Shown: positions 25,294-34,181, numbered from the stretch's first letter. The stretch: DNA of 64,000 nucleotides from an uncultured Anaerolinea sp. (GCA_964531975.1 CAZHFU010000011.1:36233-100232); one strand, 5' to 3'. A program made the numbers and translations. The notes: generated by a model not told the origin, from the sequence alone.

Positions 25294-26643
25294 ATGCCGC
25301 CTACCCAGATCATCGACGACGATTGCGAAAACGGCGCGGTTTTTTATGCGCTCGAATATACCACGCTCTGGCGGCTGGACAACCCGGGCGCAGAAACCCG
25401 CACCTGGACAGAGATACTCAACGCCGCTAAGTTCACGGAAATCGGGCTGGGTGATGCCAATATCCAGTTGAGCCGGGTGCGCGTCGTGGGCGGGCGGCTG
25501 TATGTGGTGGCGGTGGGTGGATGGGGGGACAACCGCGATCTGTATATCCTGCGCTCAGCGAATGCCGGCCTGACCTGGGATTGGACATTCATCGACAGCG
25601 CGGTCATTGCGATAAAACCTTACACAGTGACAAAAGGCGTCGAAACCCTGGCGAATAGCGCGAGAGTATCAATTCCGATTGATAAGCCAACCGAGGACGC
25701 CATCCCCTACATCATGGCCGAGCGTAAAAATCACTCGAGATACAACTGCGGATACACGGGCACGGGTTCTTGGGGCATAGGAATGCCCCTAACACCAGAG
25801 AACTACGTCAACCAGTTTGGATCAGGTACGGCATCGGAAACCGAAGAAGTTGTAAACACCTGGCGCAACGACATCTTTGGGGGGAGCGGCGGTAATGACT
25901 TCGTAAATGTTACGTTGAAGAGTTGGTGCGACGCCGAGTTCGGTACATTGAACACGGTACATGGCACGCCAGGCGGATGGGAACAATTCGTTTGGCAGAC
26001 AGGCTCGGGTATGTTGGCCGATGCCGGATACATCGGCGCGCAGAACAATTATGGCAGCCCCATTGAATTTGAATGGTGGATTCTGTGGAACACCCCCGAG
26101 CCGTTAGCTCCTTTAGGCTTTGATGTCGCTCCGACAAATAACAACTGGCTTTACATCGGCACAGAAAACGCCATCATCAAATCCGATGATGCCGGGCACA
26201 CCTGGACCGCTATCATCACCGACTATGGCGCAGATGATATTAAAGTGCACCCGACGGCAGCCGGAGCGATCACCTTTTGGGCGACGGACGGCAACCTGTA
26301 TCATGCGGTCAATGGCGTGCTGCAGGGCATGCTCATGTATGGCAGCCGGGCGAAAGTTCCCCTACGCATCACCCAAAGCCCCAGCGGAGGCGAGCTGTAT
26401 GTGCTGGCCGCATCGGATAGCTTCTACGAACTGAAGAAACGGGCTGGTGGAGCCTGGACCACCTTGCTAAGCCCGATTACCAATGCCCGGGCGCTGCGCT
26501 ATTACTACAAGACCAGCGCAGGAATCCTGCTGTTCCTGACCGCTGCAGACATCGTCCTATCCGTCAACGGTGGGGCATCATTCAGCTACAAAAAAGGCGG
26601 CTGGACCACGTACGGCGGCCCGGTCAACATCCACTTACTGTAA
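25294..26643 (+). CDS. tail protein with BNR/Asp-box repeats (beta-propeller-like)
   Basis: GGAGG 7 nt before ATG 25294. SANAGLTWDW and SDDAGHTWTA match the SxDxGxTW Asp-box. Confidence 0.55.
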   Translation: MPPTQIIDDDCENGAVFYALEYTTLWRLDNPGAETRTWTEILNAAKFTEIGLGDANIQLSRVRVVGGRLYVVAVGGWGDNRDLYILRSANAGLTWDWTFIDSAVIAIKPYTVTKGVETLANSARVSIPIDKPTEDAIPYIMAERKNHSRYNCGYTGTGSWGIGMPLTPENYVNQFGSGTASETEEVVNTWRNDIFGGSGGNDFVNVTLKSWCDAEFGTLNTVHGTPGGWEQFVWQTGSGMLADAGYIGAQNNYGSPIEFEWWILWNTPEPLAPLGFDVAPTNNNWLYIGTENAIIKSDDAGHTWTAIITDYGADDIKVHPTAAGAITFWATDGNLYHAVNGVLQGMLMYGSRAKVPLRITQSPSGGELYVLAASDSFYELKKRAGGAWTTLLSPITNARALRYYYKTSAGILLFLTAADIVLSVNGGASFSYKKGGWTTYGGPVNIHLL

Positions 26644-26654
26644 TCTGGGACACC

Positions 26655-28412
26655 ATGAGTAAAAAGACTCGCCGAATCAAAGCAGAGCTGCGCCGGAAAT
26701 ATGCTGAAAGCCTGGAGCGTATTTATGCCGCGCTGGGCGACGGCAGCGGAAAGCTGGATGTGGCCGGCTATCCAGACCTGGTGTATGCCCGGGTGGGCCC
26801 GCGCGGCGTGCCCATGAAGATCAAGAACGTCAAAGCGGCCAGACGGCACAATGCCCGGGTGTGGATTGGCCGAGATAGAGACGACGCCAAGGTGATGCAG
26901 GTGCTTGGCGGCCGCTCGTATGCTTTCGGAACGAATGGTCAGAACACGGGAGTACATGCGCCGACACACTTCATCACCGGGCCTGACCCCCTGTACATCG
27001 ACACGCGCCAGATCGTGAACCTGGGCCTGGCGGTATCGGGGCTGACGGTAACCGTGTACTCGGGCATGTGCCTGATCTCCAATGCGCCCACCTTTATCAA
27101 CCGCACCACCATCGACCTGACCAGCCACCGGCCGGCATCTGGCGCGCGCTGGGTGGTGCTGCAGGCCGGCGCAGACCATGTGGTGAGCGTGGTGGATGGG
27201 GCCGATTTTGCTGCTTACGTCGACCTCGTGGATGCCAACATCCCGGCCATCGACTTCGGCCACGCAGCGCTGTGGGCGATCAAGCTGTATGCCAACCAGG
27301 TCAAGATCAGCACCAACCCGGCCTCGCCAGACTACACCGATCTGCGCTATGCGCCGGCTGACCCCACCGGCGCGTCGGCGCAAGTGCTGCGCTGCATCTG
27401 GCATTATTCCGGGAGCAGTGGAGCATACCGGGCGTACGATCCCTCCGATGCCGGCCTGGCCCAGGCCAATGCGGCAGCGAGCGCAGGCGATTCGATCACG
27501 GTGCCAGAAGGGCTTTTTTCTGGTTTCACCATGCCGTCGGGCGTGCGCTACACCTGTCACCCAAATGCGCTGTTCGCCGGCCCAGTTACACTGGCCGATG
27601 GGGGCGGATGGGAAGGCGGACGGGTGGAGGTCACAACCACCGGTGCAAGCGATGCTGTGGGCTTCATCGGGCCGGCAGCGGGCGGCATCGTGGTCAAGGA
27701 AGCAACGGTTAAGGTGCACGCTACAGGCACAGGCGACGCGATAGCAATCAAGCTGCAGGGCGGGTGGGTGGCCTGCCGGGATTCGTACGTGCGAGCATCG
27801 GCCGATGATGCTGGGGCTGCAGCGCGGCTGTATTTTTCGGAAGCCACGCCGCAGGAAGCGTGCAATGCGGATCAGTGCGTGTTCGCCTATGCCGCGGCGG
27901 AGTCGAGTGTACCAGCCAACTGGATGGTCTCCGAGGGCGCCGGCATTGCCGCCATTGGCTGCGCCTGGCCGCCAGACTACACCCCGGATGCAACCATCGC
28001 TTACCGGTCTGGTGATCGGGCCGACATCGCAACTGTACAGGCCATCCAGACCATCACCGACAAGAAGCGAGCCTTTTGCTTCTCGGTAGATGAGTCCATC
28101 TTGGCCGTGGAGACCGGCCACGACCGGCTGTACAACAACACCGGCGCAACCGTGACCCTGTACGGCATCCACGGTGCGGTAGACACCGCTCCGGTAGGAG
28201 CCAGCATCATCTTCGATGTCATCAAGAACGGCACCACGGCCCTTACCACCAGTGGAAATCGCTGCGCCATCGCTGCCGGCGCAAACACAGGCAGCACAAC
28301 CACCCTGGCGGTCACATCCCTGGACCCCGGCGATTACATCACGCTCAACATTGCCCAGGTCGGTAGTAGCACTCCGGGCGGGTACGCCGTTGTGCAGGTT
28401 TTATTCAGGTAG
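26655..28412 (+). CDS. tail fibre/spike protein
   Basis: 585 aa, Gly/Ala/Thr-rich, within the fibre gene block. Confidence 0.5.
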   Translation: MSKKTRRIKAELRRKYAESLERIYAALGDGSGKLDVAGYPDLVYARVGPRGVPMKIKNVKAARRHNARVWIGRDRDDAKVMQVLGGRSYAFGTNGQNTGVHAPTHFITGPDPLYIDTRQIVNLGLAVSGLTVTVYSGMCLISNAPTFINRTTIDLTSHRPASGARWVVLQAGADHVVSVVDGADFAAYVDLVDANIPAIDFGHAALWAIKLYANQVKISTNPASPDYTDLRYAPADPTGASAQVLRCIWHYSGSSGAYRAYDPSDAGLAQANAAASAGDSITVPEGLFSGFTMPSGVRYTCHPNALFAGPVTLADGGGWEGGRVEVTTTGASDAVGFIGPAAGGIVVKEATVKVHATGTGDAIAIKLQGGWVACRDSYVRASADDAGAAARLYFSEATPQEACNADQCVFAYAAAESSVPANWMVSEGAGIAAIGCAWPPDYTPDATIAYRSGDRADIATVQAIQTITDKKRAFCFSVDESILAVETGHDRLYNNTGATVTLYGIHGAVDTAPVGASIIFDVIKNGTTALTTSGNRCAIAAGANTGSTTTLAVTSLDPGDYITLNIAQVGSSTPGGYAVVQVLFR

Positions 28413-28420
28413 GTGCAGAT

Positions 28421-29413
28421 ATGGCGAGAGTAGCAGGCTTTACGGACGGAGCGGAGAGCGGTGACATTGCCTTTTTCGACGCTGTGAGCGGCACGGTGTC
28501 AGCCAGCACGGCCAAGTACCGGTCAGGGGCGTACTCCTATCTGCTGGGCAACAGCAACGGACACAAGAGCATGACGGGGGTGGGCGAGTTCTACCTTCGC
28601 TTCGCCATCTACCTCAATTCAGCCGCAACGACCTTTGTCGCCGCGCGTGTCGGATCAACGCAGATCGGCGCTCTGTCGCTCAACGCCACAACCCGCAAGG
28701 TTGAAATCCGCGTTGGGAATACTGTCATGACAACCGGGAACATCGCCCTGGCCGATGCGACCTGGTATTTGATCGAATGGCATTTGTCTATCGCCGACAG
28801 TGGTTTGTCGGAGATCAAGATCGATGGCGTTGCCGACGCCAGTTACTCAGGCGACACGAAGCCCGACGTCAATACGATAGTAGACAACATCTACTGGTCG
28901 CATCCTGGCGGGTCGAATGGCTCGATGTACATTGATGACATCGCCCTGAACGACACGACTGGCGGCGCAGATAACTCATGGTGCGGGGATGGGCGCATTA
29001 TTGCCATGGCTCCCAACGCAGACGGGGACAGCAGCCAATGGGACGGCAGCGACGGCAACCAGGTGAATAACTACGCTCTGGTCGATGACATCCCGCCCGG
29101 TGGCACAGACTACGTCGAGAGCGATACAACCGACGAAGTTGACCTGTACAACCTGGCCGCCTGTGGTTTGAGCAATGTGGACATCCTGCGGGTTATCCCC
29201 ACGGCGCGCGCTCGTGACACCGTTGCGGCCGGTGGCAAGATCGCCGTGGGCATCAAGCCCAGCGGTGGATCGGAGCAGTGGTCAGGGGATAAGTCGCTCC
29301 TGACGACCTTTGGTCGTGTGGTCGGTGACGAGTACACCACCAACCCGGCGACCGGCAACCCCTGGACGCCCGCCGAGCTGGATGCTTTGCAAGTTGGCGT
29401 GAAGGTACGCTAA
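28421..29413 (+). CDS. tail fibre-associated protein
   Basis: 330 aa. It ends ...NPWTPAELDALQVGVKVR with a TAATG overlap into the repeat ORF. Confidence 0.5.
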   Translation: MARVAGFTDGAESGDIAFFDAVSGTVSASTAKYRSGAYSYLLGNSNGHKSMTGVGEFYLRFAIYLNSAATTFVAARVGSTQIGALSLNATTRKVEIRVGNTVMTTGNIALADATWYLIEWHLSIADSGLSEIKIDGVADASYSGDTKPDVNTIVDNIYWSHPGGSNGSMYIDDIALNDTTGGADNSWCGDGRIIAMAPNADGDSSQWDGSDGNQVNNYALVDDIPPGGTDYVESDTTDEVDLYNLAACGLSNVDILRVIPTARARDTVAAGGKIAVGIKPSGGSEQWSGDKSLLTTFGRVVGDEYTTNPATGNPWTPAELDALQVGVKVR

Positions 29414-29601
29414 TGGCGCAGCAGGTTGACCAGGCTTTGGTGATCGTCGAGAGCCGCCCGGACACCAACAAAAGGCAGGTGGACCAGGCGCTTGTGATCG
29501 TTGAGAGCCGCCCGGACACCAACAAAAGGCAGGTGGACCAGGCGCTGCTAATTGTGGAATACCGGCCTAAGCGCCGGACGCATAAGGTATGGATCGAGTG
29601 A
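29413..29601 (+). CDS. small protein made of three 18-aa tandem repeats
   Basis: QVDQALVIVESRPDTNKR x3 (third copy degenerate). TAATG coupling to the upstream gene. Confidence 0.5.
   Translation: MAQQVDQALVIVESRPDTNKRQVDQALVIVESRPDTNKRQVDQALLIVEYRPKRRTHKVWIE
29422..29583 (+). repeat. 54-bp tandem repeat, 3 copies
   Basis: Copies start at 29422, 29476 and 29530 and are in frame with the ORF. Confidence 0.85.
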
Positions 29602-29664
29602 GGTGTAAATGATTGGTGTGCGGATCGAAGGCCCGGCAAGGAATTATGCCCAATACCTGGGTAA

Positions 29665-29775
29665 GAATACCTTTGTGGTGGACCACGCTTATTGGAGCGA
29701 TTGCGAGCCGGAACCGGGGCCGCGTGGACCGAAACCGAGGTCAATGATCTGCAGGCTGGAATGAAGGTGCGCTAA
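29665..29775 (+). pseudogene. C-terminal remnant of a paralogue of gene 28421-29413
   Basis: The frame encodes ...GTGAAWTETEVNDLQAGMKVR*, parallel to ...NPWTPAELDALQVGVKVR*. No start codon. The same GAAGGTxCGCTAATGGC junction follows. Confidence 0.5.
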
Positions 29776-30032
29776 TGGCAAAACGAGTAACGACAGCAGG
29801 CGTTGACGTTGAATATCGTCCCAGCACAAACTACCGCCGGGTGTCGGCAATGGGCGCCCAGGTTGAATATCGTCCCAGCACAAACTACCGCCGGGTGTCG
29901 GCGGTGGGCGTGATGGTCGAGCAGCGACCGGATACAAATAAGCGGCGCGTGGCGGCCATTGGGGTGATGGTCGAGTACCGTGCAGGGACGGCCCCATTGG
30001 ATCAATATGGGCCGTTGGTTCAGATGATGTAA
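29775..30032 (+). CDS. small protein made of four 18-aa tandem repeats
   Basis: V(D/x)VEYRPSTNYRRVSAxG repeats, homologous to the repeats of 29413-29601. Confidence 0.5.
   Translation: MAKRVTTAGVDVEYRPSTNYRRVSAMGAQVEYRPSTNYRRVSAVGVMVEQRPDTNKRRVAAIGVMVEYRAGTAPLDQYGPLVQMM
29808..30023 (+). repeat. 54-bp tandem repeat, 4 copies
   Basis: Copies start at 29808, 29862, 29916 and 29970. Confidence 0.8.
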
Positions 30033-30045
30033 AAGGAGTAACGAT

Positions 30046-31155
30046 ATGCCAAGCGTAGTAAAAGTAATTCGCGACATCGGAGAACTTATTGGGGCTGCGT
30101 TCACTCCAGGGAAATATCCCCGATGGGACGGCAGCAGTTTTCAGCCACGAACGCCAGATATCGGTGAGCTGGCCGGCGCCGGTTTCACCGCGAGTAAAAT
30201 CCCAGTCTGGAACGGCAGCGCCTTCTTACCCGGAAACGCACCCGCTCCTGCAGGGGTGATGAATGTCCCGACCCGGACGATCATTGTCGATGCTGGGGGC
30301 AAGGGAGACTACACCACCATCGCGGCAGGCCTCGCCGCTGCCGCCGCTTTGTCCCCATCGAGCAACAACAGAGTTACCGTGATCGTAAATCCAGGGAAGT
30401 ACAAGCTCACTCAGGCGCTCACAGTGCCGGCCTATGTATCGCTGTGCGGGTACGGCAAAGGTTCGATGTTCAGCACTGGACTGACTGTAATTGAGTTTAC
30501 CGGGGCAATGAGTGGAAATTTGATCACGCTCGGGACGTACTCAGTATTGCGGGACCTGTCCATCAATGGCGGGGCTTTAACGAGTTTCTCGTTAACCGAG
30601 GAGTGCGGAATCATTTCTGCTACTGACGGAGGAGGCATTGAGATCGAAACGTGCTCCTTCTTCTTCAACGCCTCCGCGACCTATCCGTTCTACTTTTTGC
30701 GGTGTGATACCCCAAATGTTGTCATCATTACGGTGACTTCGTGTTACGTGTCCATCAACAATACTGGGACCGGGGAGTGCGGGGCATTGAAGACGACAGC
30801 CCAGGTGCCTCAGTACTCGGCGTTCAATTTCAATTTCTGCTATCTGTCCGGGAAGTCCGGGTGCAAGCTTATTGATCTGCTGGGACAGGGAAAATCGAAG
30901 GTGGTAGGGGGATACCTGGCTAACGGGATCATTAATTCGGCCAACTCACCGGCAGCAGTCACGTTGGAGAACGTCGCTGCGGGCAGCCTCACTCTTTCTG
31001 GGAACGTGTCGATAGGCATTTCGAACCTTGGCACAATCCGGACGAAAAATGTGGCTGCGGCGACCACGCCGGGATCGGTCACAGGAAAGCTCCCCGTGTA
31101 TGACGAAAACGGCACGCTGAAGGGATACGTTCCCGTTTACGGGGCCATTAGCTAA
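30046..31155 (+). CDS. tail fibre/spike protein with a beta-helix-like core
   Basis: N-terminal duplicated IGEL.GA.FT..K.P.W.GS.F.P motif common in fibre N-termini. TVIVNPGKYKLTQALTVPAYVSLCGYG resembles pectate-lyase-fold spikes. Confidence 0.55.
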   Translation: MPSVVKVIRDIGELIGAAFTPGKYPRWDGSSFQPRTPDIGELAGAGFTASKIPVWNGSAFLPGNAPAPAGVMNVPTRTIIVDAGGKGDYTTIAAGLAAAAALSPSSNNRVTVIVNPGKYKLTQALTVPAYVSLCGYGKGSMFSTGLTVIEFTGAMSGNLITLGTYSVLRDLSINGGALTSFSLTEECGIISATDGGGIEIETCSFFFNASATYPFYFLRCDTPNVVIITVTSCYVSINNTGTGECGALKTTAQVPQYSAFNFNFCYLSGKSGCKLIDLLGQGKSKVVGGYLANGIINSANSPAAVTLENVAAGSLTLSGNVSIGISNLGTIRTKNVAAATTPGSVTGKLPVYDENGTLKGYVPVYGAIS

Positions 31156-31167
31156 AGGAGAAGAGGC

Positions 31168-31944
31168 ATGTATAGACTCGCTTATGCACTTGATTTAGGC
31201 CCCAGTAAGGCCGGGCTGGAGATCGATGAATTCGCCATGATGGATATTAACGGCGATACTGTTGGAGATGCGCCGATTTATACCGTCGTGGAGCTGACGC
31301 CTGGAAGCTACATGGCCGTTATCGATTTGCCTGACGGCTTCGCTGGGGTCGTGTGCGTGTACGCCGAGGGGAACTTCCTGACTTTGTTCGCGGTTAATCC
31401 GCAGGAAGCCGAATTTGTGGATGCGCGTGTCTCCAGCATCCCCAATAGTATCGACACCGCCTCCATTGGGGAAGCATCGGCGGATGTCCTGCTCAACTGG
31501 ACAGCAAGTCCCTACGACATTCCGGGCACCGTGGGCGCGCTTCTGGGCCTGCTGGCCGGGATCAACACTCGCACCAGCGGCCCGATCACGGTAACGGTGG
31601 CCAACCCGGTGGCGCAAAATGGGGATGTGCTGACCATCCAGGGCGACGGGTACAAGGCCATGCGTGGCCGGGCGCTGCAGTGGCAGGTGCACATGGCCGG
31701 CCTGGACCTGACCGGGGCGACAGTGACGGCCACCATCGAAGGTGAGACCTCGCTGGCGTGCGTGGTGCAGAACCCAGCCGCCGATACCAAGCTCATCGTA
31801 TGTGAGCCGAATGCCGAGCAGACGGCGACCATCTCGGCCGGGCGGCACAAGTACAGCCTGGCGGCGCGCTGGCCGGGTGATCCAGACCCGGTGACGCTGG
31901 TGGCCGGCTGGTGGACCAGCGACGAGCGGCCCAGCGTTCTGTGA
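31168..31944 (+). CDS. hypothetical tail-module protein
   Basis: 258 aa. Last + strand gene before a hairpin. Confidence 0.5.
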   Translation: MYRLAYALDLGPSKAGLEIDEFAMMDINGDTVGDAPIYTVVELTPGSYMAVIDLPDGFAGVVCVYAEGNFLTLFAVNPQEAEFVDARVSSIPNSIDTASIGEASADVLLNWTASPYDIPGTVGALLGLLAGINTRTSGPITVTVANPVAQNGDVLTIQGDGYKAMRGRALQWQVHMAGLDLTGATVTATIEGETSLACVVQNPAADTKLIVCEPNAEQTATISAGRHKYSLAARWPGDPDPVTLVAGWWTSDERPSVL

Positions 31945-31950
31945 TGAAGC

Positions 31951-31979
31951 GAGAGCCAGGTGGGCAAGGCCTGGCTCTC
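31951..31979 (+). terminator. hairpin ending the virion operon
   Basis: GAGAGCCAGG / CCTGGCTCTC, perfect 10-bp stem, 9-nt loop, weak T-tail. Confidence 0.45.
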
Positions 31980-32030
31980 CTTGACTTCCTGCATTATCCA
32001 CGGCACTATGCTGCGCAAGGAGAAAACACC

Positions 32031-32147
32031 ATGGACGCGCAAAAAATGTTTACCGAACAGATCAGGCTCACCATTGAAAACATCGAGATTCGCCAGGCCG
32101 AACAGGGCGCTTTTTGGGGCTATCTGCGGGAACGCAGGAATTCGTAA
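32031..32147 (+). CDS. possible 38-aa ORF
   Basis: AAGGAGA 7 nt before the ATG. Its 3' end overlaps the 3' end of the convergent gene 32120-32452 by 28 nt. Confidence 0.3.
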   Translation: MDAQKMFTEQIRLTIENIEIRQAEQGAFWGYLRERRNS

Positions 32148-32452
32148 ATCTCGTACCAGTCTCGCTGCTCGATCTCATCCTGGCTCAGGTTATCGAAGAT
32201 GAAGTACTGCTCAAGCCAGGAGTCCGGGCCGGTGAATGGGACCAACAGCACCGTGGTGCGAATCTCCGACTTTCTCGTGTAATGAACCAGGCAAGCCGGG
32301 GCCGCACCGAACGAGCCGAAGTTCAGGTCAGTCACAGTATATTCGATGCCGGCCTTCTTCAGCTCTTCGAAAAGAGCCGTGCCGACCATGTCGGACGCAT
32401 AAGCGGTAGCAGTGCATCCGTAAGGATATTCTTTCGGGTCTTCCGTGTTCAT
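32120..32452 (-). CDS. hypothetical protein (110 aa)
   Basis: ATG 32452 is preceded by GAGGAG. Codon third positions look coding. No recognisable domain. Confidence 0.55.
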   Translation of the reverse strand: MNTEDPKEYPYGCTATAYASDMVGTALFEELKKAGIEYTVTDLNFGSFGAAPACLVHYTRKSEIRTTVLLVPFTGPDSWLEQYFIFDNLSQDEIEQRDWYEIYEFLRSRR

Positions 32453-33044
32453 TTTTTTCTCCTCGCGCGTCGTCAATCAGTTTTTGGATAGTGGGCTGAA
32501 TGCCGCCCTGGAACTTGAGCCAGGATTTGCGTTCTTCCCCGAGAAAAATGCTGGTATCCGGCTTGGTGCCGGAGGCATGAGGTCCGGGTAAAAACTGCCC
32601 GGTTTTACAGAAATGGTCGAAGGCGTCTCCGATGGCGTTGATGGCGTCCAGGTCGGACAGTTTGCCGTGTCGCACCTGGCTGACGATCCAGCGCGGCACG
32701 GTGAACCTTCCGTGTTCGACCGGCTCGCCGTAAACGCGTATAACGTTTTTGATATATTCCTCGGTTGGGATCGGGCCATCGCTCCCCCACCGGCCGGACT
32801 GGTTCGACTTGTCTATTCCGGGAACGCCGAACTTCCTTGCTCGTTCCGCCCAGGTCAGGCCGTCTACTACCCAGATTTCCAAGACGTCGTCATTGTCCCG
32901 ATTGTCGTGGATGTCGATGGTCGTAAGGCCGTCGCTGTTCGGCGCCCAGATCACACGATAGATATATTCCGTCCGTCCGGCTTCGAGCAGGCGGCGGGCG
33001 CTGTCAGAGATTTTGCTTTCGTCAAACGTGATGCTCGTGGTCAT
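32328..33044 (-). CDS. hypothetical protein (3' end uncertain)
   Basis: ATG 33044 is preceded by AAGGAGG. The last ~50 codons overlap the next gene in another frame and look non-coding (Arg/His-rich). Confidence 0.55.
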   Translation of the reverse strand: MTTSITFDESKISDSARRLLEAGRTEYIYRVIWAPNSDGLTTIDIHDNRDNDDVLEIWVVDGLTWAERARKFGVPGIDKSNQSGRWGSDGPIPTEEYIKNVIRVYGEPVEHGRFTVPRWIVSQVRHGKLSDLDAINAIGDAFDHFCKTGQFLPGPHASGTKPDTSIFLGEERKSWLKFQGGIQPTIQKLIDDARGEKNEHGRPERISLRMHCYRLCVRHGRHGSFRRAEEGRHRIYCD

Positions 33045-33074
33045 TTTTCCTCCTTTTCCTTTCTTACTGTACAT

Positions 33075-33103
33075 ATTATACGCTATATAGCGCATAGTGT
33101 CAA
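33075..33103 (-). promoter_or_regulatory. consensus sigma70 promoter
   Basis: On the - strand: TTGACA (33103-33098), 17 nt spacer, TATAAT (33080-33075). Confidence 0.7.
33081..33092. promoter_or_regulatory. 12-bp perfect palindrome in the promoter spacer (putative operator)
   Basis: CGCTATATAGCG lies between the -35 and -10 elements. Confidence 0.5.
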
Positions 33104-33108
33104 GGGGA

Positions 33109-33762
33109 TTATTCCCATGCCCGGCTATAGGCGTGATCCTTGAACAGCTCGGCCAAGCCGGTATTGTGTTTGAACTTCAGCACCTCGTCGGCGTCCATGC
33201 CCAGCTCGGCGGCCACCTGGTCGTCGCTCCATCCCTGCCGCAGCATCTCGGCCACGATGTCGGTCATAGGCATGACGCCATGCACGCCACGGGCACGGTT
33301 GTGGCGGATGGTGGCGGCCATGCGTTCGTTGCGCCCCGCGCGCCCCTGCCCCACCAGCGCCACCGGCGCGTACCCGTGCAGGCGTTTGCGGGTTTCGCCG
33401 TCTTCCCTGGCTACGCGGGTGCGGTGGAAGCCGTCCACCACCTCGGTGGCCTGGCCGTTCTGCCAGCCGACAATGGGCTGCGTGAAGCCGTCTTCCTGGA
33501 TCGAGCGCTTGAGCAGGCGCATCTCAGGCGGGGCGACCTTATTGGGGTTGTAATCGTTGCCCTGCACCTGGTCGGCGGGCAGCCACAGGACGCAATCCAC
33601 CGGCTCATCGCGAAACGGGCCGGCCTGGTGGAGCATTGACCGAATCTTGTTCAGGGCTTCGACCTGTTCGGCCAGGGGCAGGCCGGCGATCTGCTTGACG
33701 ATGGGGGCCATCTGGGCGGCTATTTGGTCTACCGAGTTATCGAACAGACTCATTTGCTTCAT
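33109..33762 (-). CDS. ParB-like nuclease domain protein (IbrB-like)
   Basis: QGNDYNPNKVAPPEMRLLKRSIQEDGFTQPIV...VVDGFHR matches the IbrB/ParB-N pattern. Confidence 0.75.
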   Translation of the reverse strand: MKQMSLFDNSVDQIAAQMAPIVKQIAGLPLAEQVEALNKIRSMLHQAGPFRDEPVDCVLWLPADQVQGNDYNPNKVAPPEMRLLKRSIQEDGFTQPIVGWQNGQATEVVDGFHRTRVAREDGETRKRLHGYAPVALVGQGRAGRNERMAATIRHNRARGVHGVMPMTDIVAEMLRQGWSDDQVAAELGMDADEVLKFKHNTGLAELFKDHAYSRAWE

Positions 33763-34181
33763 GCGACGCTCCTGTGCATGACGATGAATTCGCCGCGCTT
33801 ACCGGCCGCGGCGAACCCGTGCTTGGCGGCCATGTGGGCGGATTTCTCGTTGACGACCATCTCCAGCAGCTTTACCCCCGGCCAGGAGAGAACGTCCTGG
33901 AGGCGGGCGGCAAACAGACCGCTATACACATCCTGGCCGCGCCAGCACGGCACAACATAGGCGTAGGTCATGACAACCTTGCCATTGCGATGCATACGGG
34001 CCATGCAGAAGCCCAGCAGCTCATCCAGCGGCTCGCTCACGGCGACGTACCAGATGCAGCCCTGGGTGGACACCACGTACCCGCCCAGGGCTTTGTGGAC
34101 AGCCGGCTCCAGCAGCCAGCCGCCCACCAGCCCCCACAGGCGGCGATTTCCCAGATCGTGTGGGTGGATTTCGATTTTCAT
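33759..34181 (-). CDS. GNAT family acetyltransferase
   Basis: VVPCWRGQDVYSGLF (motif A-like) and AHMAAKHGF. 140 aa. ATGA overlaps on both sides. Confidence 0.7.
   Translation of the reverse strand: MKIEIHPHDLGNRRLWGLVGGWLLEPAVHKALGGYVVSTQGCIWYVAVSEPLDELLGFCMARMHRNGKVVMTYAYVVPCWRGQDVYSGLFAARLQDVLSWPGVKLLEMVVNEKSAHMAAKHGFAAAGKRGEFIVMHRSVA

Noticed and set aside
29422-30023. Could the 54-bp tandem repeats be a CRISPR array or a DGR template/variable repeat pair?
   Set aside because: The repeats are contiguous with no spacers, in frame within small ORFs, and show amino-acid-level conservation. No cas genes and no reverse transcriptase are present in the window. The differences between copies are not adenine-specific.
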